Shown: in pieces, positions 11,101 through 24,800 of the stretch
Layout of the letters: each line of letters opens with the position of its first letter
Position numbering within the stretch: position 1 is the first letter of the stretch
NCBI RefSeq assembly: GCF_009914755.1
Contig: NC_060941.1
Strand: one strand, 5' to 3'
From: the human T2T-CHM13v2.0 reference genome, Homo sapiens
Length of the DNA: 64,000 nt
The notes under the pieces: generated by a model
What the model saw: only the letters and a program-made list of their open reading frames with translations
Told to the model about the DNA's origin: nothing
Databases searched by the model: none
Position numbers and translations under genes: made by a program

Positions 11101-14100
11101 TGTGATGTTTGTGTTCAACTCCCAGAGTTTCACATTGCTTTTCATAGAGTAGTTCTGAAACATGCTTTTCGTAGTGTCTACAAGTGGACATTTGGAGCGC
11201 TTTCAGGCCTGTGGTGGAAAACGAATTATGGTCACATAAAAACTGGAGAGAAGCATTGTCAGAAACTTCTTTGTGATGATTGCATTCAACTCACAGAGTT
11301 GAAGGTTCCTTTTCAAAGAGCAGTTTCCAATCACTCTTTCTGTGGAATCTGCAAGTGGATATTTGGACCTATTTTGAAGATTTCGTTGGAAACGGGAGAA
11401 TCTTCACAGGAAAGCTAAACAGAAGCATTCTCAGAAACTTCTTTGTGATGCTTGCATTCAACTCACAGAGTTGAACTTTCCTTTCGAGAGAGAAGCTTTG
11501 AAACACTCTTTTTCCAGAATCTGCAAGTGGACATTTGGAGGGCTTTGAGGCCTGTGGTGGAAAAGGAATTATCTTCCCGTAAAAGCTAGATAGAAGCATT
11601 CTCAGAAACTACTTTGTGATGATTGCATTCAAGTCACAGAGTTGAACATTCCCTTTGACAGAGCAGTTTGGAAACTCTCTTTGTGTAGAATCTGCAAGTG
11701 GAGATATGGACCGCTTTGAGGCCTATGGTAGTAAAGGAAATAGCTTCATATAAAAGCTAGACAGTAGCATTCACAGAAAACTCTTGGTGACGACTGAGTT
11801 TAACTCACAGAGCTGAACATTCCTTTGGATGGAGCAGTTTCGAAACACACTATTTGTAGAATGTGCAAGTGGATATTTAGGCCTCTCTGAGGATTTCGTT
11901 GGAAACGGGATAAACCGCACAGAACTAAACAGAAGCATTCTCAGAACCTTCTTCGTGATGTTTGCATTCAACTCACAGTGTTGAACCTTTCTTTGATAGT
12001 TCAGGTTTGAAACGGTCTTTCTGCAGAAACTGCAAGTAGATATTTGGACCGCTCTGAGGATTTCGTTGGAAACGGGATAACCCGCACAGAACTAAAACAG
12101 AAGCATTCTCAGAACCCTCTTCGTGATGTTTGCATTCAACTCACAGTGCTGAACCTTTCTTTGATAGTTCAGCTTTGAAACACTCTTTTTGTAGAAACTG
12201 CAAGTGGATATTTGGTCCTCTCTGAGGATTTCGTTGGAAACGGGATAAACTGCACAGAACTAAACAGAAGCATTCTCAGAACCTTCTTCGTGATGTCTGC
12301 ATTCAACTCACAGTGTGGAACCTTTCTTTGATAGTTCAGGTTTGAAACACTCTTTTTGTAGAAACTGCAAGGGGATAATTGCACTCTTTGAGGAGTACCG
12401 TAGTAAAGGAAATAACTTCCTATAAAAAGAAGACAGAAGCTTTCTCAGAAAATTCTTTGGGATGATTGAGTTGAACTCACAGAGCTGAGCATTCCTTGCG
12501 ATGTAGCAGTTTAGAAACACACTTTCTGCAGAATCTGCAAGTGCATATTTGGACCTCTGTGAGGAATTCGTTGGAAACGGGATAATTTCAGCTGACTAAA
12601 CAGAAGCAGTCTCAGAATCTTCTTTGTGATGTTTGCATTCAAATCCCCGAGTTGAACTTTCCTTTCAAAGTTCACGTTTGAAACACTCTTTTTGCAGGAT
12701 CTACAAGTGGATATTTGGACCACTCTGTGTCCTTCGATCGAAACGGGTATATCTTCACATGACATCTAGACAGAAGCATCCTCAGAAGCTTCTCTGTGAT
12801 GACTGCATTCAACTCACGGAGTTGAACACTCCTTTTGAGAGCGCAGTTTTGAAACTCTCTTTCTGTGGCATCTGCAAGGGGACATGTAGACCTCTTTGAA
12901 GATTTCGTTGGAAACGGAATCATCTTCACATAAAAACTATACAGATGCATTCTCAGGAACTTTTTGGTGATGTTTGTATTCAACTCCCAGAGTTGAACTT
13001 TCCTTTGGAAAGAGCAGCTATGAAACACTCTTTTTCTAGAATCTGCAAGTGGACGTTTGGAGGGCTTTGTGGTTTGTGGTGGAAAAGGAAATATCTTCAC
13101 CTAAATACTAGATAGAAGCATTCTCAGAAACTGCTTTGTGATGATTGCATTCACCTCACAGAGTTGAACATTCCTATTGATAGAGCAGTTTGGAAACACT
13201 CTTGTTGTGGAATGTGCAAGTGGAGATTTGGAGCGCTTTGAGGCCTATGGTAGTAAAGGGAATAGCTTCATAGAAAAACTAGACAGAAGCATTCTCAGAA
13301 AATACTTTGTGATGATTGAGTTTAACTCACAGAGCTGAACATTCCTTTGGATGGAGCAGGTTTGAGACACACTTTTTGTAGAATCTACAAGTGGATATTT
13401 GGACCTCTCTGAGGATTTCGTTGGAAACGGGATAACTGCACCTAACTAAACGGAAGCATTCTCAGAAACTTCTTGGTGATGTTTGCATTCAAATCCCAGA
13501 GTTGAACCTTCCTTTGATAGTTCAGGTTTGAAACACTCTTTTTGTAGGATCTGCAAGTGGATATTTGGACCACTCTGTGGCCTTCGTTCGAAACGGGTAT
13601 ATCTTCGCATAAAATCTAGACAGAAGCCTTCTCAGAAACTTCTCTGTGATGATTGCATTCAACTCACAGAGTTGAACCCTCCTATGGATAGAGCAGTGTT
13701 GAAACTCTCTTTTTGTGGAATCTGCAAGTGGATACGTGGACCTCTCCGAAGATGTCTTTGGAAACGGGAATATCTTCACATAAAAACTAAACAGAAGCAT
13801 TCTCAGAAACTTCTCTGTGATGTTTGTGTTCAACTCCCAGAGTTTCACATTGCTTTTCATAGAGTAGTTCTGAAACATGCTTTTCGTAGTGTCTACAAGT
13901 GGACATTTGGAGCGCTTTCAGGCCTGTGGTGGAAAACGAATTATGGTCACATAAAAACTGGAGAGAAGCATTGTCAGAAACTTCTTTGTGATGATTGCAT
14001 TCAACTCACAGAGTTGAAGGTTCCTTTTCAAAGAGCAGTTTCCAATCACTCTTTCTGTGGAATCTGCAAGTGGATATTTGGACCTATTTTGAAGATTTCG

Positions 14101-16291
14101 TTGGAAACGGGAGAATCTTCACAGGAAAGCTAAACAGAAGCATTCTCAGAAACTTCTTTGTGATGCTTGCATTCAACTCACAGAGTTGAACTTTCCTTTC
14201 GAGAGAGAAGCTTTGAAACACTCTTTTTCCAGAATCTGCAAGTGGACATTTGGAGGGCTTTGAGGCCTGTGGTGGAAAAGGAATTATCTTCCCGTAAAAG
14301 CTAGATAGAAGCATTCTCAGAAACTACTTTGTGATGATTGCATTCAAGTCACAGAGTTGAACATTCCCTTTGACAGAGCAGTTTGGAAACTCTCTTTGTG
14401 TAGAATCTGCAAGTGGAGATATGGACCGCTTTGAGGCCTATGGTAGTAAAGGAAATAGCTTCATATAAAAGCTAGACAGTAGCATTCACAGAAAACTCTT
14501 GGTGACGACTGAGTTTAACTCACAGAGCTGAACATTCCTTTGGATGGAGCAGTTTCGAAACACACTATTTGTAGAATGTGCAAGTGGATATTTAGGCCTC
14601 TCTGAGGATTTCGTTGGAAACGGGATAAACCGCACAGAACTAAACAGAAGCATTCTCAGAACCTTCTTCGTGATGTTTGCATTCAACTCACAGTGTTGAA
14701 CCTTTCTTTGATAGTTCAGGTTTGAAACGGTCTTTCTGTAGAAACTGCAAGTAGATATTTGGACCGCTCTGAGGATTTCGTTGGAAACGGGATAACCCGC
14801 ACAGAACTAAAACAGAAGCATTCTCAGAACCCTCTTCGTGATGTTTGCATTCAACTCACAGTGCTGAACCTTTCTTTGATAGTTCAGCTTTGAAACACTC
14901 TTTTTGTAGAAACTGCAAGTGGATATTTGGTCCTCTCTGAGGATTTCGTTGGAAACGGGATAAACTGCACAGAACTAAACAGAAGCATTCTCAGAACCTT
15001 CTTCGTGATGTCTGCATTCAACTCACAGTGTGGAACCTTTCTTTGATAGTTCAGGTTTGAAACACTCTTTTTGTAGAAACTGCAAGGGGATAATTGCACT
15101 CTTTGAGGAGTACCGTAGTAAAGGAAATAACTTCCTATAAAAAGAAGACAGAAGCTTTCTCAGAAAATTCTTTGGGATGATTGAGTTGAACTCACAGAGC
15201 TGAGCATTCCTTGCGATGTAGCAGTTTAGAAACACACTTTCTGCAGAATCTGCAAGTGCATATTTGGACCTCTGTGAGGAATTCGTTGGAAACGGGATAA
15301 TTTCAGCTGACTAAACAGAAGCAGTCTCAGAATCTTCTTTGTGATGTTTGCATTCAAATCCCCGAGTTGAACTTTCCTTTCAAAGTTCACGTTTGAAACA
15401 CTCTTTTTGCAGGATCTACAAGTGGATATTTGGACCACTCTGTGTCCTTCGATCGAAACGGGTATATCTTCACATGACATCTAGACAGAAGCATCCTCAG
15501 AAGCTTCTCTGTGATGACTGCATTCAACTCACGGAGTTGAACACTCCTTTTGAGAGCGCAGTTTTGAAACTCTCTTTCTGTGGCATCTGCAAGGGGACAT
15601 GTAGACCTCTTTGAAGATTTCGTTGGAAACGGAATCATCTTCACATAAAAACTATACAGATGCATTCTCAGGAACTTTTTGGTGATGTTTGTATTCAACT
15701 CCCAGAGTTGAACTTTCCTTTGGAAAGAGCAGCTATGAAACACTCTTTTTCTAGAATCTGCAAGTGGACGTTTGGAGGGCTTTGTGGTTTGTGGTGGAAA
15801 AGGAAATATCTTCACCTAAATACTAGATAGAAGCATTCTCAGAAACTGCTTTGTGATGATTGCATTCACCTCACAGAGTTGAACATTCCTATTGATAGAG
15901 CAGTTTGGAAACACTCTTGTTGTGGAATGTGCAAGTGGAGATTTGGAGCGCTTTGAGGCCTATGGTAGTAAAGGGAATAGCTTCATAGAAAAACTAGACA
16001 GAAGCATTCTCAGAAAATACTTTGTGATGATTGAGTTTAACTCACAGAGCTGAACATTCCTTTGGATGGAGCAGGTTTGAGACACACTTTTTGTAGAATC
16101 TACAAGTGGATATTTGGACCTCTCTGAGGATTTCGTTGGAAACGGGATAACTGCACCTAACTAAACGGAAGCATTCTCAGAAACTTCTTGGTGATGTTTG
16201 CATTCAAATCCCAGAGTTGAACCTTCCTTTGATAGTTCAGGTTTGAAACACTCTTTTTGTAGGATCTGCAAGTGGATATTTGGACCACTCT
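8147..16291 (+). repeat. HOR units U4-U6 (three 16-mers)
   Basis: 2715-bp period; starts at 8147, 10862 and 13577. Confidence 0.95.
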
Positions 16292-18838
16292 GTGGCCTTC
16301 GTTCGAAACGGGTATATCTTCGCATAAAATCTAGACAGAAGCCTTCTCAGAAACTTCTCTGTGATGATTGCATTCAACTCACAGAGTTGAACCCTCCTAT
16401 GGATAGAGCAGTGTTGAAACTCTCTTTTTGTGGAATCTGCAAGTGGATACGTGGACCTCTCCGAAGATGTCTTTGGAAACGGGAATATCTTCACATAAAA
16501 ACTAAACAGAAGCATTCTCAGAAACTTCTCTGTGATGTTTGTGTTCAACTCCCAGAGTTTCACATTGCTTTTCATAGAGTAGTTCTGAAACATGCTTTTC
16601 GTAGTGTCTACAAGTGGACATTTGGAGCGCTTTCAGGCCTGTGGTGGAAAACGAATTATGGTCACATAAAAACTGGAGAGAAGCATTGTCAGAAACTTCT
16701 TTGTGATGATTGCATTCAACTCACAGAGTTGAAGGTTCCTTTTCAAAGAGCAGTTTCCAATCACTCTTTCTGTGGAATCTGCAAGTGGATATTTGGACCT
16801 ATTTTGAAGATTTCGTTGGAAACGGGAGAATCTTCACAGGAAAGCTAAACAGAAGCATTCTCAGAAACTTCTTTGTGATGCTTGCATTCAACTCACAGAG
16901 TTGAACTTTCCTTTCGAGAGAGAAGCTTTGAAACACTCTTTTTCCAGAATCTGCAAGTGGACATTTGGAGGGCTTTGAGGCCTGTGGTGGAAAAGGAATT
17001 ATCTTCCCGTAAAAGCTAGATAGAAGCATTCTCAGAAACTACTTTGTGATGATTGCATTCAAGTCACAGAGTTGAACATTCCCTTTGACAGAGCAGTTTG
17101 GAAACTCTCTTTGTGTAGAATCTGCAAGTGGAGATATGGACCGCTTTGAGGCCTATGGTAGTAAAGGAAATAGCTTCATATAAAAGCTAGACAGTAGCAT
17201 TCACAGAAAACTCTTGGTGACGACTGAGTTTAACTCACAGAGCTGAACATTCCTTTGGATGGAGCAGTTTCGAAACACACTATTTGTAGAATGTGCAAGT
17301 GGATATTTAGGCCTCTCTGAGGATTTCGTTGGAAACGGGATAAACCGCACAGAACTAAACAGAAGCATTCTCAGAACCTTCTTCGTGATGTTTGCATTCA
17401 ACTCACAGTGTTGAACCTTTCTTTGATAGTTCAGGTTTGAAACGGTCTTTCTGCAGAAACTGCAAGTAGATATTTGGACCGCTCTGAGGATTTCGTTGGA
17501 AACGGGATAAACTGCACAGAACTAAACAGAAGCATTCTCAGAACCTTCTTCGTGATGTCTGCATTCAACTCACAGTGTGGAACCTTTCTTTGATAGTTCA
17601 GGTTTGAAACACTCTTTTTGTAGAAACTGCAAGGGGATAATTGCACTCTTTGAGGAGTACCGTAGTAAAGGAAATAACTTCCTATAAAAAGAAGACAGAA
17701 GCTTTCTCAGAAAATTCTTTGGGATGATTGAGTTGAACTCACAGAGCTGAGCATTCCTTGCGATGTAGCAGTTTAGAAACACACTTTCTGCAGAATCTGC
17801 AAGTGCATATTTGGACCTCTGTGAGGAATTCGTTGGAAACGGGATAATTTCAGCTGACTAAACAGAAGCAGTCTCAGAATCTTCTTTGTGATGTTTGCAT
17901 TCAAATCCCCGAGTTGAACTTTCCTTTCAAAGTTCACGTTTGAAACACTCTTTTTGCAGGATCTACAAGTGGATATTTGGACCACTCTGTGTCCTTCGAT
18001 CGAAACGGGTATATCTTCACATGACATCTAGACAGAAGCATCCTCAGAAGCTTCTCTGTGATGACTGCATTCAACTCACGGAGTTGAACACTCCTTTTGA
18101 GAGCGCAGTTTTGAAACTCTCTTTCTGTGGCATCTGCAAGGGGACATGTAGACCTCTTTGAAGATTTCGTTGGAAACGGAATCATCTTCACATAAAAACT
18201 ATACAGATGCATTCTCAGGAACTTTTTGGTGATGTTTGTATTCAACTCCCAGAGTTGAACTTTCCTTTGGAAAGAGCAGCTATGAAACACTGTTTTTCTA
18301 GAATCTGCAAGTGGACGTTTGGAGGGCTTTGTGGTTTGTGGTGGAAAAGGAAATATCTTCACCTAAATACTAGATAGAAGCATTCTCAGAAACTGCTTTG
18401 TGATGATTGCATTCACCTCACAGAGTTGAACATTCCTATTGATAGAGCAGTTTGGAAACACTCTTGTTGTGGAATGTGCAAGTGGAGATTTGGAGCGCTT
18501 TGAGGCCTATGGTAGTAAAGGGAATAGCTTCATAGAAAAACTAGACAGAAGCATTCTCAGAAAATACTTTGTGATGATTGAGTTTAACTCACAGAGCTGA
18601 ACATTCCTTTGGATGGAGCAGGTTTGAGACACACTTTTTGTAGAATCTACAAGTGGATATTTGGACCTCTCTGAGGATTTCGTTGGAAACGCGATAACTG
18701 CACCTAACTAAACGGAAGCATTCTCAGAAACTTCTTGGTGATGTTTGCATTCAAATCCCAGAGTTGAACCTTCCTTTGATAGTTCAGGTTTGAAACACTC
18801 TTTTTGTAGGATCTGCAAGTGGATATTTGGACCACTCT
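16292..18838 (+). repeat. HOR unit U7: 15-mer structural variant (2547 bp, one 168-bp monomer deleted)
   Basis: ORF spacing 16198 to 18745 is 2547. Only two of the three triplicated monomers are present, with a hybrid junction at 17482-17510. Confidence 0.95.
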
Positions 18839-21800
18839 GTGGCCTTCGTTCGAAACGGGTATATCTTCGCATAAAATCTAGACAGAAGCCTTCTCAGAAA
18901 CTTCTCTGTGATGATTGCATTCAACTCACAGAGTTGAACCCTCCTATGGATAGAGCAGTGTTGAAACTCTCTTTTTGTGGAATCTGCAAGTGGATACGTG
19001 GACCTCTCCGAAGATGTCTTTGGAAACGGGAATATCTTCACATAAAAACTAAACAGAAGCATTCTCAGAAACTTCTCTGTGATGTTTGTGTTCAACTCCC
19101 AGAGTTTCACATTGCTTTTCATAGAGTAGTTCTGAAACATGCTTTTCGTAGTGTCTACAAGTGGACATTTGGAGCGCTTTCAGGCCTGTGGTGGAAAACG
19201 AATTATGGTCACATAAAAACTGGAGAGAAGCATTGTCAGAAACTTCTTTGTGATGATTGCATTCAACTCACAGAGTTGAAGGTTCCTTTTCAAAGAGCAG
19301 TTTCCAATCACTCTTTCTGTGGAATCTGCAAGTGGATATTTGGACCTATTTTGAAGATTTCGTTGGAAACGGGAGAATCTTCACAGGAAAGCTAAACAGA
19401 AGCATTCTCAGAAACTTCTTTGTGATGCTTGCATTCAACTCACAGAGTTGAACTTTCCTTTCGAGAGAGAAGCTTTGAAACACTCTTTTTCCAGAATCTG
19501 CAAGTGGACATTTGGAGGGCTTTGAGGCCTGTGGTGGAAAAGGAATTATCTTCCCGTAAAAGCTAGATAGAAGCATTCTCAGAAACTACTTTGTGATGAT
19601 TGCATTCAAGTCACAGAGTTGAACATTCCCTTTGACAGAGCAGTTTGGAAACTCTCTTTGTGTAGAATCTGCAAGTGGAGATATGGACCGCTTTGAGGCC
19701 TATGGTAGTAAAGGAAATAGCTTCATATAAAAGCTAGACAGTAGCATTCACAGAAAACTCTTGGTGACGACTGAGTTTAACTCACAGAGCTGAACATTCC
19801 TTTGGATGGAGCAGTTTCGAAACACACTATTTGTAGAATGTGCAAGTGGATATTTAGGCCTCTCTGAGGATTTCGTTGGAAACGGGATAAACCGCACAGA
19901 ACTAAACAGAAGCATTCTCAGAACCTTCTTCGTGATGTTTGCATTCAACTCACAGTGTTGAACCTTTCTTTGATAGTTCAGGTTTGAAACGGTCTTTCTG
20001 CAGAAACTGCAAGTAGATATTTGGACCTCTCTGAGGATTTCGTTGGAAACGGGATACCCCGCACAGAACTAAAACAGAAGCATTCTCAGAACCCTCTTCG
20101 TGATGTTTGCATTCAACTCACAGTGCTGAACCTTTCTTTGATAGTTCAGCTTTGAAACACTCTTTTTGTAGAAACTGCAAGTGGATATTTGGTCCTCTCT
20201 GAGGATTTCGTTGGAAACGGGATAAACTGCACAGAACTAAACAGAAGCATTCTCAGAACCTTCTTCGTGATGTCTGCATTCAACTCACAGTGTGGAACCT
20301 TTCTTTGATAGTTCAGGTTTGAAACACTCTTTTTGTAGAAACTGCAAGGGGATAATTGCACTCTTTGAGGAGTACCGTAGTAAAGGAAATAACTTCCTAT
20401 AAAAAGAAGACAGAAGCTTTCTCAGAAAATTCTTTGGGATGATTGAGTTGAACTCACAGAGCTGAGCATTCCTTGCGATGTAGCAGTTTAGAAACACACT
20501 TTCTGCAGAATCTGCAAGTGCATATTTGGACCTCTGTGAGGAATTCGTTGGAAACGGGATAATTTCAGCTGACTAAACAGAAGCAGTCTCAGAATCTTCT
20601 TTGTGATGTTTGCATTCAAATCCCCGAGTTGAACTTTCCTTTCAAAGTTCACGTTTGAAACACTCTTTTTGCAGGATCTACAAGTGGATATTTGGACCAC
20701 TCTGTGTCCTTCGATCGAAACGGGTATATCTTCACATGACATCTAGACAGAAGCATCCTCAGAAGCTTCTCTGTGATGACTGCATTCAACTCACGGAGTT
20801 GAACACTCCTTTTGAGAGCGCAGTTTTGAAACTCTCTTTCTGTGGCATCTGCAAGGGGACATGTAGACCTCTTTGAAGATTTCGTTGGAAACGGAATCAT
20901 CTTCACATAAAAACTATACAGATGCATTCTCAGGAACTTTTTGGTGATGTTTGTATTCAACTCCCAGAGTTGAACTTTCCTTTGGAAAGAGCAGCTATGA
21001 AACACTCTTTTTCTAGAATCTGCAAGTGGACGTTTGGAGGGCTTTGTGGTTTGTGGTGGAAAAGGAAATATCTTCACCTAAATACTAGATAGAAGCATTC
21101 TCAGAAACTGCTTTGTGATGATTGCATTCACCTCACAGAGTTGAACATTCCTATTGATAGAGCAGTTTGGAAACACTCTTGTTGTGGAATGTGCAAGTGG
21201 AGATTTGGAGCGCTTTGAGGCCTATGGTAGTAAAGGGAATAGCTTCATAGAAAAACTAGACAGAAGCATTCTCAGAAAATACTTTGTGATGATTGAGTTT
21301 AACTCACAGAGCTGAACATTCCTTTGGATGGAGCAGGTTTGAGACACACTTTTTGTAGAATCTACAAGTGGATATTTGGACCTCTCTGAGGATTTCGTTG
21401 GAAACGGGATAACTGCACCTAACTAAACGGAAGCATTCTCAGAAACTTCTTGGTGATGTTTGCATTCAAATCCCAGAGTTGAACCTTCCTTTGATAGTTC
21501 AGGTTTGAAACACTCTTTTTGTAGGATCTGCAAGTGGATATTTGGACCACTCTGTGGCCTTCGTTCGAAACGGGTATATCTTCGCATAAAATCTAGACAG
21601 AAGCCTTCTCAGAAACTTCTCTGTGATGATTGCATTCAACTCACAGAGTTGAACCCTCCTATGGATAGAGCAGTGTTGAAACTCTCTTTTTGTGGAATCT
21701 GCAAGTGGATACGTGGACCTCTCCGAAGATGTCTTTGGAAACGGGAATATCTTCACATAAAAACTAAACAGAAGCATTCTCAGAAACTTCTCTGTGATGT

Positions 21801-24800
21801 TTGTGTTCAACTCCCAGAGTTTCACATTGCTTTTCATAGAGTAGTTCTGAAACATGCTTTTCGTAGTGTCTACAAGTGGACATTTGGAGCGCTTTCAGGC
21901 CTGTGGTGGAAAACGAATTATGGTCACATAAAAACTGGAGAGAAGCATTGTCAGAAACTTCTTTGTGATGATTGCATTCAACTCACAGAGTTGAAGGTTC
22001 CTTTTCAAAGAGCAGTTTCCAATCACTCTTTCTGTGGAATCTGCAAGTGGATATTTGGACCTATTTTGAAGATTTCGTTGGAAACGGGAGAATCTTCACA
22101 GGAAAGCTAAACAGAAGCATTCTCAGAAACTTCTTTGTGATGCTTGCATTCAACTCACAGAGTTGAACTTTCCTTTCGAGAGAGAAGCTTTGAAACACTC
22201 TTTTTCCAGAATCTGCAAGTGGACATTTGGAGGGCTTTGAGGCCTGTGGTGGAAAAGGAATTATCTTCCCGTAAAAGCTAGATAGAAGCATTCTCAGAAA
22301 CTACTTTGTGATGATTGCATTCAAGTCACAGAGTTGAACATTCCCTTTGACAGAGCAGTTTGGAAACTCTCTTTGTGTAGAATCTGCAAGTGGAGATATG
22401 GACCGCTTTGAGGCCTATGGTAGTAAAGGAAATAGCTTCATATAAAAGCTAGACAGTAGCATTCACAGAAAACTCTTGGTGACGACTGAGTTTAACTCAC
22501 AGAGCTGAACATTCCTTTGGATGGAGCAGTTTCGAAACACACTATTTGTAGAATGTGCAAGTGGATATTTAGGCCTCTCTGAGGATTTCGTTGGAAACGG
22601 GATAAACCGCACAGAACTAAACAGAAGCATTCTCAGAACCTTCTTCGTGATGTTTGCATTCAACTCACAGTGTTGAACCTTTCTTTGATAGTTCAGGTTT
22701 GAAACGGTCTTTCTGCAGAAACTGCAAGTAGATATTTGGACCGCTCTGAGGATTTCGTTGGAAACGGGATAACCCGCACAGAACTAAAACAGAAGCATTC
22801 TCAGAACCCTCTTCGTGATGTTTGCATTCAACTCACAGTGCTGAACCTTTCTTTGATAGTTCAGCTTTGAAACACTCTTTTTGTAGAAACTGCAAGTGGA
22901 TATTTGGTCCTCTCTGAGGATTTCGTTGGAAACGGGATAAACTGCACAGAACTAAACAGAAGCATTCTCAGAACCTTCTTCGTGATGTCTGCATTCAACT
23001 CACAGTGTGGAACCTTTCTTTGATAGTTCAGGTTTGAAACACTCTTTTTGTAGAAACTGCAAGGGGATAATTGCACTCTTTGAGGAGTACCGTAGTAAAG
23101 GAAATAACTTCCTATAAAAAGAAGACAGAAGCTTTCTCAGAAAATTCTTTGGGATGATTGAGTTGAACTCACAGAGCTGAGCATTCCTTGCGATGTAGCA
23201 GTTTAGAAACACACTTTCTGCAGAATCTGCAAGTGCATATTTGGACCTCTGTGAGGAATTCGTTGGAAACGGGATAATTTCAGCTGACTAAACAGAAGCA
23301 GTCTCAGAATCTTCTTTGTGATGTTTGCATTCAAATCCCCGAGTTGAACTTTCCTTTCAAAGTTCACGTTTGAAACACTCTTTTTGCAGGATCTACAAGT
23401 GGATATTTGGACCACTCTGTGTCCTTCGATCGAAACGGGTATATCTTCACATGACATCTAGACAGAAGCATCCTCAGAAGCTTCTCTGTGATGACTGCAT
23501 TCAACTCACGGAGTTGAACACTCCTTTTGAGAGCGCAGTTTTGAAACTCTCTTTCTGTGGCATCTGCAAGGGGACATGTAGACCTCTTTGAAGATTTCGT
23601 TGGAAACGGAATCATCTTCACATAAAAACTATACAGATGCATTCTCAGGAACTTTTTGGTGATGTTTGTATTCAACTCCCAGAGTTGAACTTTCCTTTGG
23701 AAAGAGCAGCTATGAAACACTGTTTTTCTAGAATCTGCAAGTGGACGTTTGGAGGGCTTTGTGGTTTGTGGTGGAAAAGGAAATATCTTCACCTAAATAC
23801 TAGATAGAAGCATTCTCAGAAACTGCTTTGTGATGATTGCATTCACCTCACAGAGTTGAACATTCCTATTGATAGAGCAGTTTGGAAACACTCTTGTTGT
23901 GGAATGTGCAAGTGGAGATTTGGAGCGCTTTGAGGCCTATGGTAGTAAAGGGAATAGCTTCATAGAAAAACTAGACAGAAGCATTCTCAGAAAATACTTT
24001 GTGATGATTGAGTTTAACTCACAGAGCTGAACATTCCTTTGGATGGAGCAGGTTTGAGACACACTTTTTGTAGAATCTACAAGTGGATATTTGGACCTCT
24101 CTGAGGATTTCGTTGGAAACGCGATAACTGCACCTAACTAAACGGAAGCATTCTCAGAAACTTCTTGGTGATGTTTGCATTCAAATCCCAGAGTTGAACC
24201 TTCCTTTGATAGTTCAGGTTTGAAACACTCTTTTTGTAGGATCTGCAAGTGGATATTTGGACCACTCTGTGGCCTTCGTTCGAAACGGGTATATCTTCGC
24301 ATAAAATCTAGACAGAAGCCTTCTCAGAAACTTCTCTGTGATGATTGCATTCAACTCACAGAGTTGAACCCTCCTATGGATAGAGCAGTGTTGAAACTCT
24401 CTTTTTGTGGAATCTGCAAGTGGATACGTGGACCTCTCCGAAGATGTCTTTGGAAACGGGAATATCTTCACATAAAAACTAAACAGAAGCATTCTCAGAA
24501 ACTTCTCTGTGATGTTTGTGTTCAACTCCCAGAGTTTCACATTGCTTTTCATAGAGTAGTTCTGAAACATGCTTTTCGTAGTGTCTACAAGTGGACATTT
24601 GGAGCGCTTTCAGGCCTGTGGTGGAAAACGAATTATGGTCACATAAAAACTGGAGAGAAGCATTGTCAGAAACTTCTTTGTGATGATTGCATTCAACTCA
24701 CAGAGTTGAAGGTTCCTTTTCAAAGAGCAGTTTCCAATCACTCTTTCTGTGGAATCTGCAAGTGGATATTTGGACCTATTTTGAAGATTTCGTTGGAAAC

